The notes under the pieces: model-generated
Databases searched by the model: none
What the model saw: only the letters and a program-made list of their open reading frames with translations
Told to the model about the DNA's origin: nothing
Made by a program: the position numbers and the translations under genes
Part shown: positions 51,407 through 52,671 of the stretch, piece by piece
Layout: each line of letters starts with the position of its first letter
Position numbering within the stretch: position 1 is the stretch's first letter
Origin: a virus
Reading direction: 5' to 3' (one strand)
Length of the DNA stretch: 52,671 nucleotides
Virus record (IMG/VR): IMGVR_UViG_3300050821_015011

Positions 51407-51817
51407 ATGGGTAAGCAGTGGACGAAAACGGGTATCGGTGAAGCGGGCGAGGCAGCGGCCGATGCATTGGCTCCGGCGATCCAGAAGTGGCTTACCCGCT
51501 TCATGAACCCCAGTATCGATATCGAGGACATGGCGTACATCGCAGCGGAGGTGGTGCGCGCCCAGGCCAAGAAGCAGCCTCGTCTGCCCGATTGGCTCAC
51601 GATCAACGATCCTGGCATCACCGCGACCCACATCGGTCTGGGCAAATGGCGGTTGACGTACCTGGGTCTCGACTTCGGTGTTGCCTACCGCTCGCACAAG
51701 CGCAAGGATGATGACGAAGTGCTGGTGACGCTGTACTCGACGCGCGGCGGGAAGTGTTTCGATCGTATCCCGATTATCCAGGTGGCCAAAACCATCAAGG
51801 CTCTCAAGAGCTACTAA
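51407..51817 (+). CDS. hypothetical protein (136 aa)
   Basis: ccgtataac at 51393-51401, 5 nt before the ATG. Confidence 0.5.
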   Translation: MGKQWTKTGIGEAGEAAADALAPAIQKWLTRFMNPSIDIEDMAYIAAEVVRAQAKKQPRLPDWLTINDPGITATHIGLGKWRLTYLGLDFGVAYRSHKRKDDDEVLVTLYSTRGGKCFDRIPIIQVAKTIKALKSY

Positions 51818-51833
51818 AAAGCGGAGGACAAGA

Positions 51834-52079
51834 GTGAAGATCAAGGTGAAACAGGAGCATATCGACCGCGGCGCTGTCAGCTCGTGCTCGCATTGTCCGA
51901 TCGCGCTGGCCATGATGGAGGCAGGCTTCCGCCGGCCATCAGTCGGCTATGACACGGTCAGATGGGGAGAGGAAGATCTTCGGAGCACTACCAAGACTCC
52001 CACGGCCGTCAGCGAGTCGATGTACTTGTTTGATATTGGCCACGGGATGAAGCCGTTCGAGTTCGAGATCAGCGTCTAG
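51834..52079 (+). CDS. hypothetical protein (81 aa)
   Basis: gcggagga Shine-Dalgarno. CSHCP. Confidence 0.4.
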   Translation: MKIKVKQEHIDRGAVSSCSHCPIALAMMEAGFRRPSVGYDTVRWGEEDLRSTTKTPTAVSESMYLFDIGHGMKPFEFEISV

Positions 52080-52195
52080 CTGCTGACCGCATGCCGCTTT
52101 GGATTGCCAGCATCTCGGTGCTTGTCGCGTTCCTGGGAGGGATTTGGGCGGGTAGGAAGATTGCTCAGCGCAGGAGTCTCAGCTCGAAAGCTGGG

Positions 52196-52618
52196 TCATC
52201 CCCGCGGGAGCCCTAGCCACGCCCGGAAGGCCTGGTAGATCGCATGGCGCTCATAAGCCTGTGCAATTGGCTTTCCGTCGATAAGAACGCTGCCATCCCA
52301 CCGGAATCGGAGCATCTCACGTCCGTCCTCCACGCCCGGGATGTTGCGATTGAAGATCATGTCGCCGCCTGGCATCTGCGTGCCATCAAGCTGCCTTGGT
52401 CCGACTGCACCAGCTGTGAACCTCAGCTCTGGCAGCTTCGCGCCTTTCAGGTCAGAAGACGTGAACCTATACCAGTGCCGGAATCGCTCGCGGACCTCGT
52501 TATCGGCGGTGACCCGTTCACCCTTGATGACAAGGCCACCTTCCTGCGGCATCAAGATCATGGTGCCGCCATGTACGCCCAGGACGATGTCTCCAGCCGT
52601 CCCTCCCGGATGTGGCAT
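52196..52618 (-). CDS. hypothetical protein (140 aa)
   Basis: ORF track. The region upstream of its start runs off the window. Confidence 0.4.
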   Translation of the reverse strand: MPHPGGTAGDIVLGVHGGTMILMPQEGGLVIKGERVTADNEVRERFRHWYRFTSSDLKGAKLPELRFTAGAVGPRQLDGTQMPGGDMIFNRNIPGVEDGREMLRFRWDGSVLIDGKPIAQAYERHAIYQAFRAWLGLPRG

Positions 52619-52671
52619 GACTGGCTTGCCTTCAGGTAGCCCAAGAGAGATGTCCGACTGCTTGAAGTGGG

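Noticed and set aside
1-52671. CRISPR arrays, rRNA or tRNA genes
   Set aside because: No regularly spaced direct repeats and no recognisable tRNA T-loop or acceptor features were seen by eye. A tRNAscan/Infernal run would be needed to exclude tRNAs definitively.

Overview
GC-rich, very gene-dense window: about 130 mostly small ORFs, frequent ATGA/TAATG start-stop overlaps, and alternating strand blocks switching near 4982-5125, 21964-21974, 24254-24381, 35739-35742, 39737-39875, 42990-42993, 44724-44805, 48618-48646, 49739-49742 and 51332-51406. It reads like part of a large phage/virus-like or other mobile element rather than core chromosome. Support: more than 20 tiny Cys-rich zinc-ribbon ORFs, lysine-rich DNA-binding proteins, scattered auxiliary enzymes (Nudix, HIGH-motif cytidylyltransferase, amidohydrolase, 2OG-Fe(II) oxygenase, biotinyl-domain protein, CheY-like receiver), one HerA/FtsK-type P-loop ATPase, and no recognisable tailed-phage capsid, portal, terminase or tail genes. 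Most striking observations: (i) a complete major vault protein (MVP) homologue as the last gene of an 8-gene leftward operon at the left edge; (ii) two conserved promoter-like motifs, TCGTACAAC (about 29 copies, usually 4-8 nt or about 20-25 nt before start codons) and GCTAGACAAT (8-9 copies, about 30 nt before start codons), both positioned so that transcripts would be largely leaderless; (iii) two candidate structured-RNA / inverted-repeat elements at 36933-37089 and 27134-27416. No rRNA, tRNA or CRISPR array could be recognised by eye. All functional calls rest on remembered family signatures; no searches were run.
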